From assembly GCA_964446535.1 (NCBI GenBank), contig CAYUOR010000001.1:7283-71282 (forward strand): 64,000 nt of DNA, read 5' to 3'. Made by a program: the position numbers and the translations under genes. Every line of letters starts with the position of its first letter. The first letter of the stretch is position 1. Source of the stretch: an uncultured Candidatus Saccharibacteria bacterium. GTDB lineage: Bacteria; Patescibacteriota; Minisyncoccia; Phycocordibacterales; Zambryskibacteraceae. The notes under the pieces are model-generated. The model made no database searches. It saw only the letters and a list, made by a program, of their open reading frames with translations, and was not told where the DNA came from. Below, piece by piece: positions 27,388 through 36,857 of the stretch.

Positions 27388-29770
27388 AATCCTTATCGCT
27401 TAATTCCACCGTTGAGCCGCTAGAGAGCTCGCCGGAAATCATTTTCTTGGCGATAATCTGCTCCACCGTTTCCTGAATAGCGCGATTAAGCGGGCGGGCG
27501 CCAAACTTTGGATCGGTTCCTTTCCTGACAAGGAAATTTATTAGAGCCTCGTTAGTCTTCAAAGTAATACCTTTTTCCTTAAGGCGTGTTTCAAGACTCT
27601 TTAACATTTTTTTAGAAACTTCTTTTAGATGTGCCTTACTGAGCGGATGGAAAAGGATAACACCGTCAAAACGGTTTAAAAGCTCCGGTTTAAACATGCC
27701 ACTAGAAATAATTTCGTTCATAATCGTATCTTTGGCACCCGAGAGATCTTTGTGTGTCTTCAAGTATTCGAAAATTATGTCGCTACCGGCGTTTGAGGTG
27801 GCAACTATCACGACATTTCTGACACTTACCTTCTCAGAGCGCATATCGGAAAAGATTCCTTCGTCTATAATCTGAAGGAAGAGATCAAGAACCTTCGGCG
27901 CCGTTTTTTCAAATTCGTCTAAGAGAAGGACGCCATACGGATTCTCGCGCAGAAGGGAGACAAGTGTCCCAGGAGTATTTGATTCAAAGGAACCAATGAG
28001 ACGGTTCAGAGAATCCGCCGAGTTGTATTCCGACATATCAAGGCGTAGAAATTTTGCTTTGTCGCCGAAGAATACTTCACCAAGAGCCTTCGCCGTCTCG
28101 GTCTTGCCCACGCCCGTAGGACCCAAGAAAAGAAATGAACCCATAGGTCGCATGGGGTTTGCGATGCCGGAACGAGCGCGGCGGATAGCATCGGCAACCG
28201 CCTTGACAGCTTCTTCCTGTCCGACAATTTTTGATTTTAGCAGTGCTTCTAGATTCAAGAGCTTGTCCTTCTCTGCCTCACTTACCTTTCCCGTTGGAAT
28301 ACCGGTTTTTGACCTTACGGCAGAGAGAACATCCTCTTTATATAGGGTAAATTTTTTTGCCTTACTCGCCGAAGCCGCAGCTTCGACCAGAAGATCAGAA
28401 GCAGCATCCGCTAGCGGACGATCAACGAAGTACTTCTTGGCAGACATAATGGCTTCGGCAACGGCTGGATAAGTTATGAGAGCGCCAAGCTCTTTTTCCA
28501 AGCGCAGTACTTCAGTTTTTAGAATCCCGACCAAGTGATTCTCGTCTATAGGATGAACCGCCACCTTCTCAAATTGTTGTTTTATGTCGCCGATATTTTC
28601 AAGATTTTTTTCGTATTCGTCACTATTAGAAACACCCACTATCTGGAGCTTTGAGGAAGATACAAATGGGCTCAAAACGGAGATCACGGAAATACCATAG
28701 CGATTGCCCGCTTCCAGAAATTTAGAAAAGTTCGGTATAACGAAAATGACATTGCCGGCACGCTCCGATTCTCTTAAAACCTTCAACAGTTCACGCTCAA
28801 AGACTTCTGCATTGTCCGTTGAGGCAGCTAAAAGCGATGGTTCAAAAACCCATATTTCTTTGTCCTCAAGCGCCCTTGCCGCCTCACCCTTCTCCATCAT
28901 TCGATGCAGTTCTTCGAGGACCTCCATCTTGCCCGAACCGTCTTCTCCGACAAGAATGGCGTTCGCCCCCGAAGAGCGAGAGAGAATAATTTCAAGAAGC
29001 TTTGCTTCTTCGGCGTGCAATCCGTCGCTTGAAACGGTGGTTGAAACGCGCAGAGGTCTTGAGTATTTTGCAAGAGAATAAGACTTGCCGTACGACCAAC
29101 TACGGCCCACCGGGTGTACTTTAAGAAGGTTTTCTCTCGACCACCAGCGTCTTAGTTTTGCTTCCTCAAATAATACAGAGGCACTCCAGCTTCCGGCGCC
29201 AAGGAAATCTTCTTCGGTTATGTTGTGGGAGAGAATAAATTTTCTGAATTCGGTATCCGCAGCGAGAAGCGCCGAAAGATAAGCTCTAAAAACGGCACGC
29301 TTATCGGTAAGTATAATTTTGTCTGTGGAGACCTTTGTTTTTCTTTCCTTGAGAAATTTATTTATTTCCGCAGAACTTATGCCAGACCGTGAGAGAATTT
29401 CCCTACCAAGAATTGAGTTCACGAAGCCCTTCGTCACATCCTGCTCTCTTGTGTTGAAAACAATCAGGGCGAGTTCCAGGCCGAATCGGCCCGCCTGTCT
29501 CGAGCGTTTGAAATAATGTGAATAGTGGAAACAGTCCAAAAGGAAAAGAAATAGCCAGAGTGAGATTGAAAGATAAAGCATCCCTTCCGTTCGACTACTT
29601 GAGCCGACAAGAGAATCGCTAGACTGCAGTAGGGTTACAAAAAATGAGGCAACAACGAGGAAGGATAGTACGCTCTTCAAAACACTTCGTAACTTAGAAG
29701 GAAAGGCGCTCTCCAGGGCAAAGACGGGTTTCCAGGGCGAAAGTATTCTTTTTAACTCTTGAAAATTCAT
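27380..29770 (-). CDS. Membrane-anchored Clp/Hsp100-family AAA+ ATPase with degenerate first ATPase domain
   Basis: Two N-terminal TM helices. D1 Walker A is degenerate (VGEDGSGKM). D2 is intact (GPTGVGKT; LLLDEFEKT; ATSN sensor; GARPL arginine finger; ClpB D2-small-like C-terminus). Confidence 0.75.
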   Translation of the reverse strand: MNFQELKRILSPWKPVFALESAFPSKLRSVLKSVLSFLVVASFFVTLLQSSDSLVGSSSRTEGMLYLSISLWLFLFLLDCFHYSHYFKRSRQAGRFGLELALIVFNTREQDVTKGFVNSILGREILSRSGISSAEINKFLKERKTKVSTDKIILTDKRAVFRAYLSALLAADTEFRKFILSHNITEEDFLGAGSWSASVLFEEAKLRRWWSRENLLKVHPVGRSWSYGKSYSLAKYSRPLRVSTTVSSDGLHAEEAKLLEIILSRSSGANAILVGEDGSGKMEVLEELHRMMEKGEAARALEDKEIWVFEPSLLAASTDNAEVFERELLKVLRESERAGNVIFVIPNFSKFLEAGNRYGISVISVLSPFVSSSKLQIVGVSNSDEYEKNLENIGDIKQQFEKVAVHPIDENHLVGILKTEVLRLEKELGALITYPAVAEAIMSAKKYFVDRPLADAASDLLVEAAASASKAKKFTLYKEDVLSAVRSKTGIPTGKVSEAEKDKLLNLEALLKSKIVGQEEAVKAVADAIRRARSGIANPMRPMGSFLFLGPTGVGKTETAKALGEVFFGDKAKFLRLDMSEYNSADSLNRLIGSFESNTPGTLVSLLRENPYGVLLLDEFEKTAPKVLDLFLQIIDEGIFSDMRSEKVSVRNVVIVATSNAGSDIIFEYLKTHKDLSGAKDTIMNEIISSGMFKPELLNRFDGVILFHPLSKAHLKEVSKKMLKSLETRLKEKGITLKTNEALINFLVRKGTDPKFGARPLNRAIQETVEQIIAKKMISGELSSGSTVELSDKDFE

Positions 29771-30153
29771 ACGAGAAGTGAAATGCCTTGGATAAAAAGA
29801 GAGACGATAATAAGAGGTGCCAGTGTCCAGAGAATAAACGCCGAAAGACCAAGAAGAAAGACTACTACTAAAGCCAGAAGGCCAGAGATAATAACAAAGG
29901 TGCGCATGACAAAACCCACCAAGCGCATCATTGTATTTACTACCAAAGTTTCAAGAAACGCCTCGAGATCAAAACTCTTTTTATAATCTTCGTTTAAACG
30001 GCCCAAGGGCGAGAACCAAGTCTTGAAAAGAAGTTTCAAGGAAAAAATATGCAAGATGAAGATAAGAGAGTTCTGCCAATTGCGATAAAGGTCGGCGAAT
30101 GCTTCGGAATAGTGCCATCTTATATAGAGAAACGGAAGGTAGATTGTCTGCAT
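29767..30153 (-). CDS. Hypothetical polytopic membrane protein co-transcribed with the Clp-like ATPase
   Basis: 128 aa. Overlaps the downstream gene by 4 nt. Confidence 0.5.
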   Translation of the reverse strand: MQTIYLPFLYIRWHYSEAFADLYRNWQNSLIFILHIFSLKLLFKTWFSPLGRLNEDYKKSFDLEAFLETLVVNTMMRLVGFVMRTFVIISGLLALVVVFLLGLSAFILWTLAPLIIVSLFIQGISLLV

Positions 30154-30168
30154 TTGCTTTAAATTGTA

Positions 30169-31002
30169 TCACCTCCTAAAGCGGTAAAAAACTTTGTCCT
30201 CTACTCTTAAGTCTAAATACCGAATTTTATCCAAAAAATCTTTTTGTGACCTTATTGATTCTTCCGAAAGAAAGGCGGAAAGGTTGGTGTAGATATTCTC
30301 TAAACTAAATTCTTTTCGCCATAATATTCGCACACCCTTATCTGTTAGAAGCGTATAGCCGTCATCAGCTATCTCAAGCGCTTTGGCACGAATATCGAGA
30401 TCCACCAAGCGATCTATAAAATCGGAAAGAGCCCTAAATTCTTCAGGCAATACTAGACTCTCGCCTATCGGCTCGGTAATAAAATTTTCGGTGCCAAAAA
30501 TAAAATAAGATGGACCGGAAAAAGCCGGAGCACGGGCAAAAATCAGAGCCTCGCTGTCAAGAAAAAAGCAGTTTGTACCATCTGATTCAAGTGCGTTAGG
30601 GCAGTAAAGTGCTCTGGGCAGTCTTTCTTCCACCGAAATAACAAGAGATTCAGCTTCTACATCAAGCTCAACATCTTTTAATCTTTTAAAATTTTCGGTC
30701 AGGATCGATTTGATTTCGGAGCGTGGATATACCAAAATATTGGCTCTTGGAATAAGCCAAAAATAATATCCGTCGAGAAGTGTCGTAACTTTTTCTACCA
30801 TGTCACTGCGATCGACAATATCTTTCCCTGTTACCACTACCTCGGATATAAGAAAGTCCGGTTGGCGAGAGAGGTAGCCCAGGCTCCAGACAGAGGTGAC
30901 AAGCAGAGCCAGAAAAAGGGAAAACTTTAATAATTTTTTTCTTTTCTTCTTTTTATAGAGTTTAGAGGAATTAAGAACCTTGCCCGATGAGACGATTTTC
31001 AT
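30169..31002 (-). CDS. ftsQ: FtsQ/DivIB-like cell division protein (POTRA domain)
   Basis: Lys-rich N-terminus, single TM helix, then a POTRA-like region (ISEVVVTGKDIVDRSDM...ANILVYPRSEIKSIL...LVISVEERLPRALY). Confidence 0.6.
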   Translation of the reverse strand: MKIVSSGKVLNSSKLYKKKKRKKLLKFSLFLALLVTSVWSLGYLSRQPDFLISEVVVTGKDIVDRSDMVEKVTTLLDGYYFWLIPRANILVYPRSEIKSILTENFKRLKDVELDVEAESLVISVEERLPRALYCPNALESDGTNCFFLDSEALIFARAPAFSGPSYFIFGTENFITEPIGESLVLPEEFRALSDFIDRLVDLDIRAKALEIADDGYTLLTDKGVRILWRKEFSLENIYTNLSAFLSEESIRSQKDFLDKIRYLDLRVEDKVFYRFRR

Positions 31003-31005
31003 TTC

Positions 31006-32271
31006 TCATTTCTTTATTATCGAGAGCCCATTCATGTACGGCCTAAGTGCTTCCGGAATCCTGACTGAGCCGTCGGCTTCTTGAAAATTTTCCACAAGGG
31101 AGACCAGGATCCTCGGCGTTGGAATAGCCGTCGCGTTTAAGGAGTGAACATACTTAATTTTGCCGTCCGCATCTCGGTAGCGTGTGTTGAAGCGCCTGGT
31201 CTGGAAGTCATGATAATAAGAGGCGCTCGCAATCTCACGGTACTTGCCTTCTTTTGGCACCCAAAGCTCGGTGTCATAACTTTTCACGTGGGCACCCTTA
31301 AGGTCCCCTGTGGAAATGACAACCTGCTGATACGGAATGCCAAGTGATTCAATGAATTCCTCTGTGTTTCTGTTGAGCTCTTCGTGATACTTCACCGACT
31401 CTTCGTGGCTTGCCTCGCAGAGAATAAGCTGCTCAAGTTTGAAAAACTCGTGAACGCGGATAAGACCTTTAACATCTTTCGAATAACTTCCAGCCTCCCT
31501 TCGGAAACATGGTGAAAAGGCAAGATAACGTAGGGGCAGATCTTTTTTTTCTAAAATTTCTTCGGCATGATACGCCATCATCGGTATTTCAGCGGTACCG
31601 GCAAGATACTGATCATCCTGAGTTTGGAAAATATCTTCGGCGCCACCGGGGAGGTGTCCGGTACCGTAGAGAAAATTTTTATGGACAATTACCGGCGGGA
31701 TAAATAGGTTGAAACCCTTGCTGAGAAAAAAGTCGCGTGAGTAATTCCAAATGGCCCAGGAGAGCATGGCACCAGAATTCTTCAGAAAATAACCACGGAA
31801 ACCATGCACCTTGGCACCACGCTCAAGGTCTATCATGTTAAGAGCCGTCATGAGCTCAATGTGATCCTTTGGCTCAAAATTAAATTCCGGTTTTTTACCC
31901 CAGGTCTTAAGAACCTTGTTGTCCGCCTCGGTTTTCCCTTCTGGCACGGTGGCATCCGGAATATTCGGCACCTCGAGCATAAGGGCGCGCCATTCTTTGA
32001 GAACTGTTTCAAGCTCTTTCTCTTCCTTCTCAAGAGAAGTTTTGAGTGTTTTCATTTTTTCAAGAATTTTTTCACGCTCCTTGGAATCTGCTTTAACTAT
32101 GGCGTTATTGGCAACTTTCTGTTCGGCACGTTTTTCCTCTGTTGTTAAAAGTAGCGACCTTCTTTTATCATCAATTTCAATCAGCCGATCTAGATCAAAT
32201 TTAATACCCTTAAGCTGGGCGGCTCTCTCGATGAGTTTTGTATTCTCCCTGATAAACTTTATGTCGAGCAT
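31006..32271 (-). CDS. serS: Seryl-tRNA synthetase
   Basis: N-terminal coiled-coil arm plus a class II core (motif 2/3 region FRRE...G..R; GSALA-type). 421 aa. Confidence 0.9.
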   Translation of the reverse strand: MLDIKFIRENTKLIERAAQLKGIKFDLDRLIEIDDKRRSLLLTTEEKRAEQKVANNAIVKADSKEREKILEKMKTLKTSLEKEEKELETVLKEWRALMLEVPNIPDATVPEGKTEADNKVLKTWGKKPEFNFEPKDHIELMTALNMIDLERGAKVHGFRGYFLKNSGAMLSWAIWNYSRDFFLSKGFNLFIPPVIVHKNFLYGTGHLPGGAEDIFQTQDDQYLAGTAEIPMMAYHAEEILEKKDLPLRYLAFSPCFRREAGSYSKDVKGLIRVHEFFKLEQLILCEASHEESVKYHEELNRNTEEFIESLGIPYQQVVISTGDLKGAHVKSYDTELWVPKEGKYREIASASYYHDFQTRRFNTRYRDADGKIKYVHSLNATAIPTPRILVSLVENFQEADGSVRIPEALRPYMNGLSIIKK

Positions 32272-32291
32272 TTGCTATACAATATATCACA
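32272..32291. promoter_or_regulatory. 20-bp divergent intergenic region carrying overlapping leaderless-type -10 elements for serS (minus) and dprA (plus)
   Basis: TTGCTATACAATATATCACA. On the plus strand TACAAT sits 8 nt before the dprA ATG. On the minus strand TGaTATATT sits 9 nt before the serS ATG. Confidence 0.35.
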
Positions 32292-33146
32292 ATGATTAAA
32301 GAGCTTTCTTCACAAGAATTACCATCCATCCTTAAAGAAATACCAGACCCGCCCACTCGTCTCCGATACGAAGGTGCGCTGCCGAAGATTAATAATAAAA
32401 TGCTTGCTGTTATTGGCTCAAGAAAGTTTACGGCCTACGGCAGAGAAGCGTGTGAATCAATTATTTCTGGGCTTGCCGGCTACCCAGTAACAATAGTCTC
32501 TGGATTGGCTCTCGGTATAGACTCTATTGCCCACCGCGCGGCGCTTCGCGCAGGACTTCAGACTGTTGCCATCCCTGGCTCTGGGCTCGACCGTAAAGTG
32601 CTTCATCCACACTCACACGTAGGTCTAGCAAACGAAATCGTGGAAGCGGGTGGATGTCTGATGTCCGAGTACGATGACACTATGCCTGCCGGTGCTTGGG
32701 CTTTTCCCAGAAGAAACAGAATTATGGCGGGACTCTGCCACGCTACCCTTGTTATAGAAGCCGAAAGAAAATCTGGCACACTTATCACTTCGCGTCTGGC
32801 AACCGAATATAATAGAGAAGTAGGTGCGGTCCCCGGGCCAATCGATTCCCCCACTTCCGATGGTCCGCACATGCTTATTCGCCTTGGCGCTACGCTAGTT
32901 CGCGACGCAAACGACTGCCTTGAGCTTCTTGGGCTTGAGCCAAAGATAAACCCAGCCCTCGACGAGATTGAAGGACTATCGGAGACCGAGAAAATTTTTA
33001 TAAAGCTTCTTGAGAATCCGCGCTCGCGTGACGAGCTTGTGCGGCTCTCTGGGTTCGACACGGGAACAGCTAGCGCCACCCTTTCGCTTCTTGAAATTAA
33101 AGGACTTATCAAAGAAGAGATGGGTGAGGTGCATAAAAATTTCTAA
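32292..33146 (+). CDS. dprA: DNA processing protein DprA (Smf)
   Basis: Rossmann-like DprA core (AVIGSRKFTAYG...VSGLALGIDSIAHRAAL) plus a C-terminal winged-helix-like tail. Confidence 0.85.
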   Translation: MIKELSSQELPSILKEIPDPPTRLRYEGALPKINNKMLAVIGSRKFTAYGREACESIISGLAGYPVTIVSGLALGIDSIAHRAALRAGLQTVAIPGSGLDRKVLHPHSHVGLANEIVEAGGCLMSEYDDTMPAGAWAFPRRNRIMAGLCHATLVIEAERKSGTLITSRLATEYNREVGAVPGPIDSPTSDGPHMLIRLGATLVRDANDCLELLGLEPKINPALDEIEGLSETEKIFIKLLENPRSRDELVRLSGFDTGTASATLSLLEIKGLIKEEMGEVHKNF

Positions 33147-33183
33147 CAATAAGTTTGCAAAGAAAAAGTTTCTATAGTACTAA

Positions 33184-35361
33184 TTGAGTCTAATGAAACT
33201 TTTGATAGTGGAGTCGCCGTCAAAGGCGAAGACTATAGAAAAATATCTTGGGAAAGAATTCCGTGTCGTGGCATCTGTCGGCCACATACGCGATTTGCCC
33301 AAGTCGAATAAGAAAGCGATAGATATCGCTAAAGGATTTGTGCCGCACTATGAGGTCGTTAAAGGAAAGGAGAAAGTAATTTCAGAAATTAAAACACTCG
33401 TTAAGAAGGCGGATGAGGTTCTCCTTGCCACAGACCCAGACCGCGAGGGTGAGGCCATAGCTTGGCACGTCAAGGAGGCGGTAGGGTTAAAAAAACCTAA
33501 ACGCATCGTCTTTTATGAGATTACTAAAGAGGCGGTTGAAGAGGCGCTGGAGCGCCCTAGGAGCATAGATGATCAGTTGCGCGAGGCACAAGAAGCAAGG
33601 CGAGTTCTCGACCGCCTTGTGGGTTACGATCTCTCGGGACTTATCTGGAAAAAAGTGCGCTATGGTCTTTCTGCCGGCAGAGTACAATCTCCCGCCCTCC
33701 GTATCATCATGGAGCGGGAGCGCGAGATTCGTGCTTTTGAGCCCATTACATTCTGGCGAGTCATGGCGGAACTTGAAGATAAGTCGGGCAACAAACTTCT
33801 CTTTCTCTGTTCTAAAGAACCGACCGATAAAAATGAAGTTGAACAAATTCTTGAAAATGCCAAGAAAAACAATTGGCAAGTAACAGACGTTAAAGAAACC
33901 GAGGTCTCGCGCGCCGCCCGAGCACCATTTATCACCTCTACTCTTCAGCAAACCGCAAGCTCACGTCTGGGCTTCGCGCCTTCTTACACTATGAGCCTGG
34001 CGCAAAAACTTTATGAAGCGGGTCATATTTCCTATATGCGCACCGATTCGACAAATCTCGGAAGCGCAGCACGAAAAGATATTGAAAATGTGGTGGGAAA
34101 AAAATTTGGAGACGATTATTTTCAATCGAATGTCTTTGCAAAAAAATCTAAAAACGCGCAAGAAGCCCATGAAGCTATAAGGCCGACGCATGTCTCTGTG
34201 GAAACGGCTGGACACTCGGACGCGGAGAAGAAACTCTACCGCCTTATCTGGCAGAGAACTATTTCAAGTCAAATGAAGCCAGCGAAAGTAATGCGCACAA
34301 GAGTTCTGGCTAACGTTTCCGGCTCAGACCTGCCAGACTTTGCTCTAAACGGATCACGGGTGCTCTTCGACGGCTGGCTTAAGGCTGACCCCGATTCGGC
34401 AAGCGAAGATGTCGTCCTGCCAAAACTCGCTCTTGGAGATTCGCTCAAATTTATTAAAATCTCCTCCGAAGAAAAGCAGACGGAGCCCCCAGCGCGCTAC
34501 TCGGAGGCGGGGCTTATCAAGGAGTTGGAGAAACGAGGAATAGGACGACCTTCGACATATGCCTCTATTATAAAAACCCTGGAGGATCGTGGGTATATAG
34601 CCAAAATTTCTAAGGCGCTCCATCCAACAGACACTGGCGACGTGGTCAGTTCATTTCTCGAGGAACATTTCCCTACCTACATCAGCGACTCTTTCACCGC
34701 TGAAATGGAAAATGAACTGGACGAAATAGCCGAAGGAAAGCGTTCTTATAAAAAAACTTTGGCAGATTTTTACAAACCTTTTGAGCTTGCGGTAAAGTCG
34801 AAAGAGGAAATAGAAAAAATAACCAACCTGGGCAAGGCTCATTCCGACTTCAGGTGTCCGCTCTGCGGCGGCGATATGATTATAAAACTTGGCAGAAACG
34901 GCAAATTTTTATCGTGTGAAAAGTTCCCCGAGTGTTCCGGTGCCCGTACTATTGAGGGCAAGGAGCTTGCGGGACCTAAGGATACGGGAGAACTTTGTCC
35001 GAAATGTGGCAAGGGTAATCTTGTGGCCAGAGAGGGTAGATTTGGTATGTTTATCGCCTGTTCTCAGTTCCCAAAGTGTAAGTTTGTCAAAAAGGATGAA
35101 GAACAAGAAAAAGCAAATTCTACGGGAGTGGTGTGCCCAGAATGTAAAAAAGGCTTCCTTACGGAAAGGCGCGGAAGGTTTGGTGTATTCTATAGTTGTT
35201 CGAGTTATCCTGACTGCAAGTTTGCTATAAAGGCGCGACCGACCGGAGAAGTTTGCGACCTCTGCGGTTCCCTCATGATGGAGGGTACAAAAACTATCCC
35301 CGAGAGATGTTCTAACAAACAATGCCAAAACCACAATCCACACAAAAAAGAGAAGAAATAG
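33184..35361 (+). CDS. topA: DNA topoisomerase I
   Basis: TOPRIM N-terminus (LLIVESPSKAKTI...GHIRDL), catalytic Tyr region, and four C-terminal Cys4 zinc ribbons. Confidence 0.9.
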   Translation: MSLMKLLIVESPSKAKTIEKYLGKEFRVVASVGHIRDLPKSNKKAIDIAKGFVPHYEVVKGKEKVISEIKTLVKKADEVLLATDPDREGEAIAWHVKEAVGLKKPKRIVFYEITKEAVEEALERPRSIDDQLREAQEARRVLDRLVGYDLSGLIWKKVRYGLSAGRVQSPALRIIMEREREIRAFEPITFWRVMAELEDKSGNKLLFLCSKEPTDKNEVEQILENAKKNNWQVTDVKETEVSRAARAPFITSTLQQTASSRLGFAPSYTMSLAQKLYEAGHISYMRTDSTNLGSAARKDIENVVGKKFGDDYFQSNVFAKKSKNAQEAHEAIRPTHVSVETAGHSDAEKKLYRLIWQRTISSQMKPAKVMRTRVLANVSGSDLPDFALNGSRVLFDGWLKADPDSASEDVVLPKLALGDSLKFIKISSEEKQTEPPARYSEAGLIKELEKRGIGRPSTYASIIKTLEDRGYIAKISKALHPTDTGDVVSSFLEEHFPTYISDSFTAEMENELDEIAEGKRSYKKTLADFYKPFELAVKSKEEIEKITNLGKAHSDFRCPLCGGDMIIKLGRNGKFLSCEKFPECSGARTIEGKELAGPKDTGELCPKCGKGNLVAREGRFGMFIACSQFPKCKFVKKDEEQEKANSTGVVCPECKKGFLTERRGRFGVFYSCSSYPDCKFAIKARPTGEVCDLCGSLMMEGTKTIPERCSNKQCQNHNPHKKEKK

Positions 35362-35387
35362 ATTTCCTCGCTGAAATCACGAGGAGT

Positions 35388-36857
35388 ATGGCCGACCCAT
35401 CTCCGAGAGATGTAGAGCTTGTCAGAAAGGCGCTTCGCTTTGTCGAAGAGGTAAATGCTGGCAAAGAAAGGTTTTCCGGAGAACCAAACATTGTGCACCT
35501 GGCAGAAACCGCATTAATTCTCGCGGAGCTGGGCGGGAGCGCCGTAACCGTTGCGGCAGGACTTTTGCACGACATTTTAGAGGATTCGGGTATTAAAAGA
35601 GAGGTTGTCTCAAAAGAGTTCGGGGATGAGATTGTTTTTCTTATAGAGGGAACTGCGAAACTCGGGGCACTTAAATATAAAGGTGCCGATAGACACAACG
35701 AGAGTCTCCGAAAACTTTTTGTCGCTATATCAGAAGACATTCGGGTTTTACTCGTAAAACTTGCCTGCCGACTTCATAACATGAGAACGCTTGTCCACGT
35801 GCCGAAAGAGAAGCAAGAGCGACTGGCTCACGAGACCCTTGAGATATACGCGCCTATCGCCTATCGCCTTGGTATCAGGAAAATCAATCGAGAATTGGAA
35901 GATCTATCGTTCCCGTATGTTTACCCTAAGGAGTTTGAGGCGATGAAAAAAATTCTGAAAGAGAGGCATCTGGACAGAAGTGAGGCTCTGGAAAAATTTT
36001 CACGCTCGGTCAAAAAAGCACTTGCCAAAGAAGGTCTTACCAGCATAAAAACGGAATATCGAGTCAAGGGACTTTATAGTCTCTATAAAAAATATTTGCG
36101 CTATGACAAAGACCTTGAAAAAATCTACGACCTTAACGCCATGCGTATTCTTGTTGATTCCGTAGGTGATTGCTACAGAGTATTGGGGACAATTCACGCG
36201 CGCTGGAAACCTCTGCCGGGTCGCATTAAGGACTATATCTCGAATCCGAAACTTAATGGTTACCAGGCACTTCACACCACCGTCTTCACGGGAGACGGCA
36301 ATATTGTTGAGATGCAGATTAAAACTCATGATATGCATAAGTATTCCGAGTATGGAGTTGCCTCACACCTTTCTTATAAAAGCGGTAGCCAGAACAAGGA
36401 TGTGCTCGCCTGGGTGCACGCGTTACTGCCGGAACAAGGCGGCATAAACATCGCTAGTAGAAACGATATTCCTCACTGGATTAGAGAACTTGCCCACTAC
36501 GAAGAGCCGTCAAAGAACTATAAAATTTTCAGAGAGGGGCTTAAAAGTGATTTTTTCAGCCATAGGATTTTCGTCTTTTCCCCTAAGGGCGATGTCGTGG
36601 ATCTACCGATAGATTCTACCCCGATAGATTTCGCCTACTATATCCATTCCGATATTGGAAATAAAATGTCCGGTGCCAAAATAAATGGTAAGCTTGTCTC
36701 TCTTGAAACAAAGTTACGAAACGGCGATATCGTTCATATCGAAACTAGAGAAAGCGCAAAGCCGAATCGAAAGTGGCTCGACATGGCAAAAACTTCTCTA
36801 GCTCGACGCCACATCAGACACAAACTTAGCGAACTCACTAAAGACTCAAAAAACTAA
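35388..36857 (+). CDS. Minimal bifunctional (p)ppGpp synthetase/hydrolase (RelA/SpoT homolog, no ACT domain)
   Basis: HD domain (LLHDILED), synthetase domain (RILV...GYQALHTTV), and a TGS domain. Start chosen at the first ATG after the topA stop; the track ORF begins at 35322 inside topA. Confidence 0.8.
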   Translation: MADPSPRDVELVRKALRFVEEVNAGKERFSGEPNIVHLAETALILAELGGSAVTVAAGLLHDILEDSGIKREVVSKEFGDEIVFLIEGTAKLGALKYKGADRHNESLRKLFVAISEDIRVLLVKLACRLHNMRTLVHVPKEKQERLAHETLEIYAPIAYRLGIRKINRELEDLSFPYVYPKEFEAMKKILKERHLDRSEALEKFSRSVKKALAKEGLTSIKTEYRVKGLYSLYKKYLRYDKDLEKIYDLNAMRILVDSVGDCYRVLGTIHARWKPLPGRIKDYISNPKLNGYQALHTTVFTGDGNIVEMQIKTHDMHKYSEYGVASHLSYKSGSQNKDVLAWVHALLPEQGGINIASRNDIPHWIRELAHYEEPSKNYKIFREGLKSDFFSHRIFVFSPKGDVVDLPIDSTPIDFAYYIHSDIGNKMSGAKINGKLVSLETKLRNGDIVHIETRESAKPNRKWLDMAKTSLARRHIRHKLSELTKDSKN

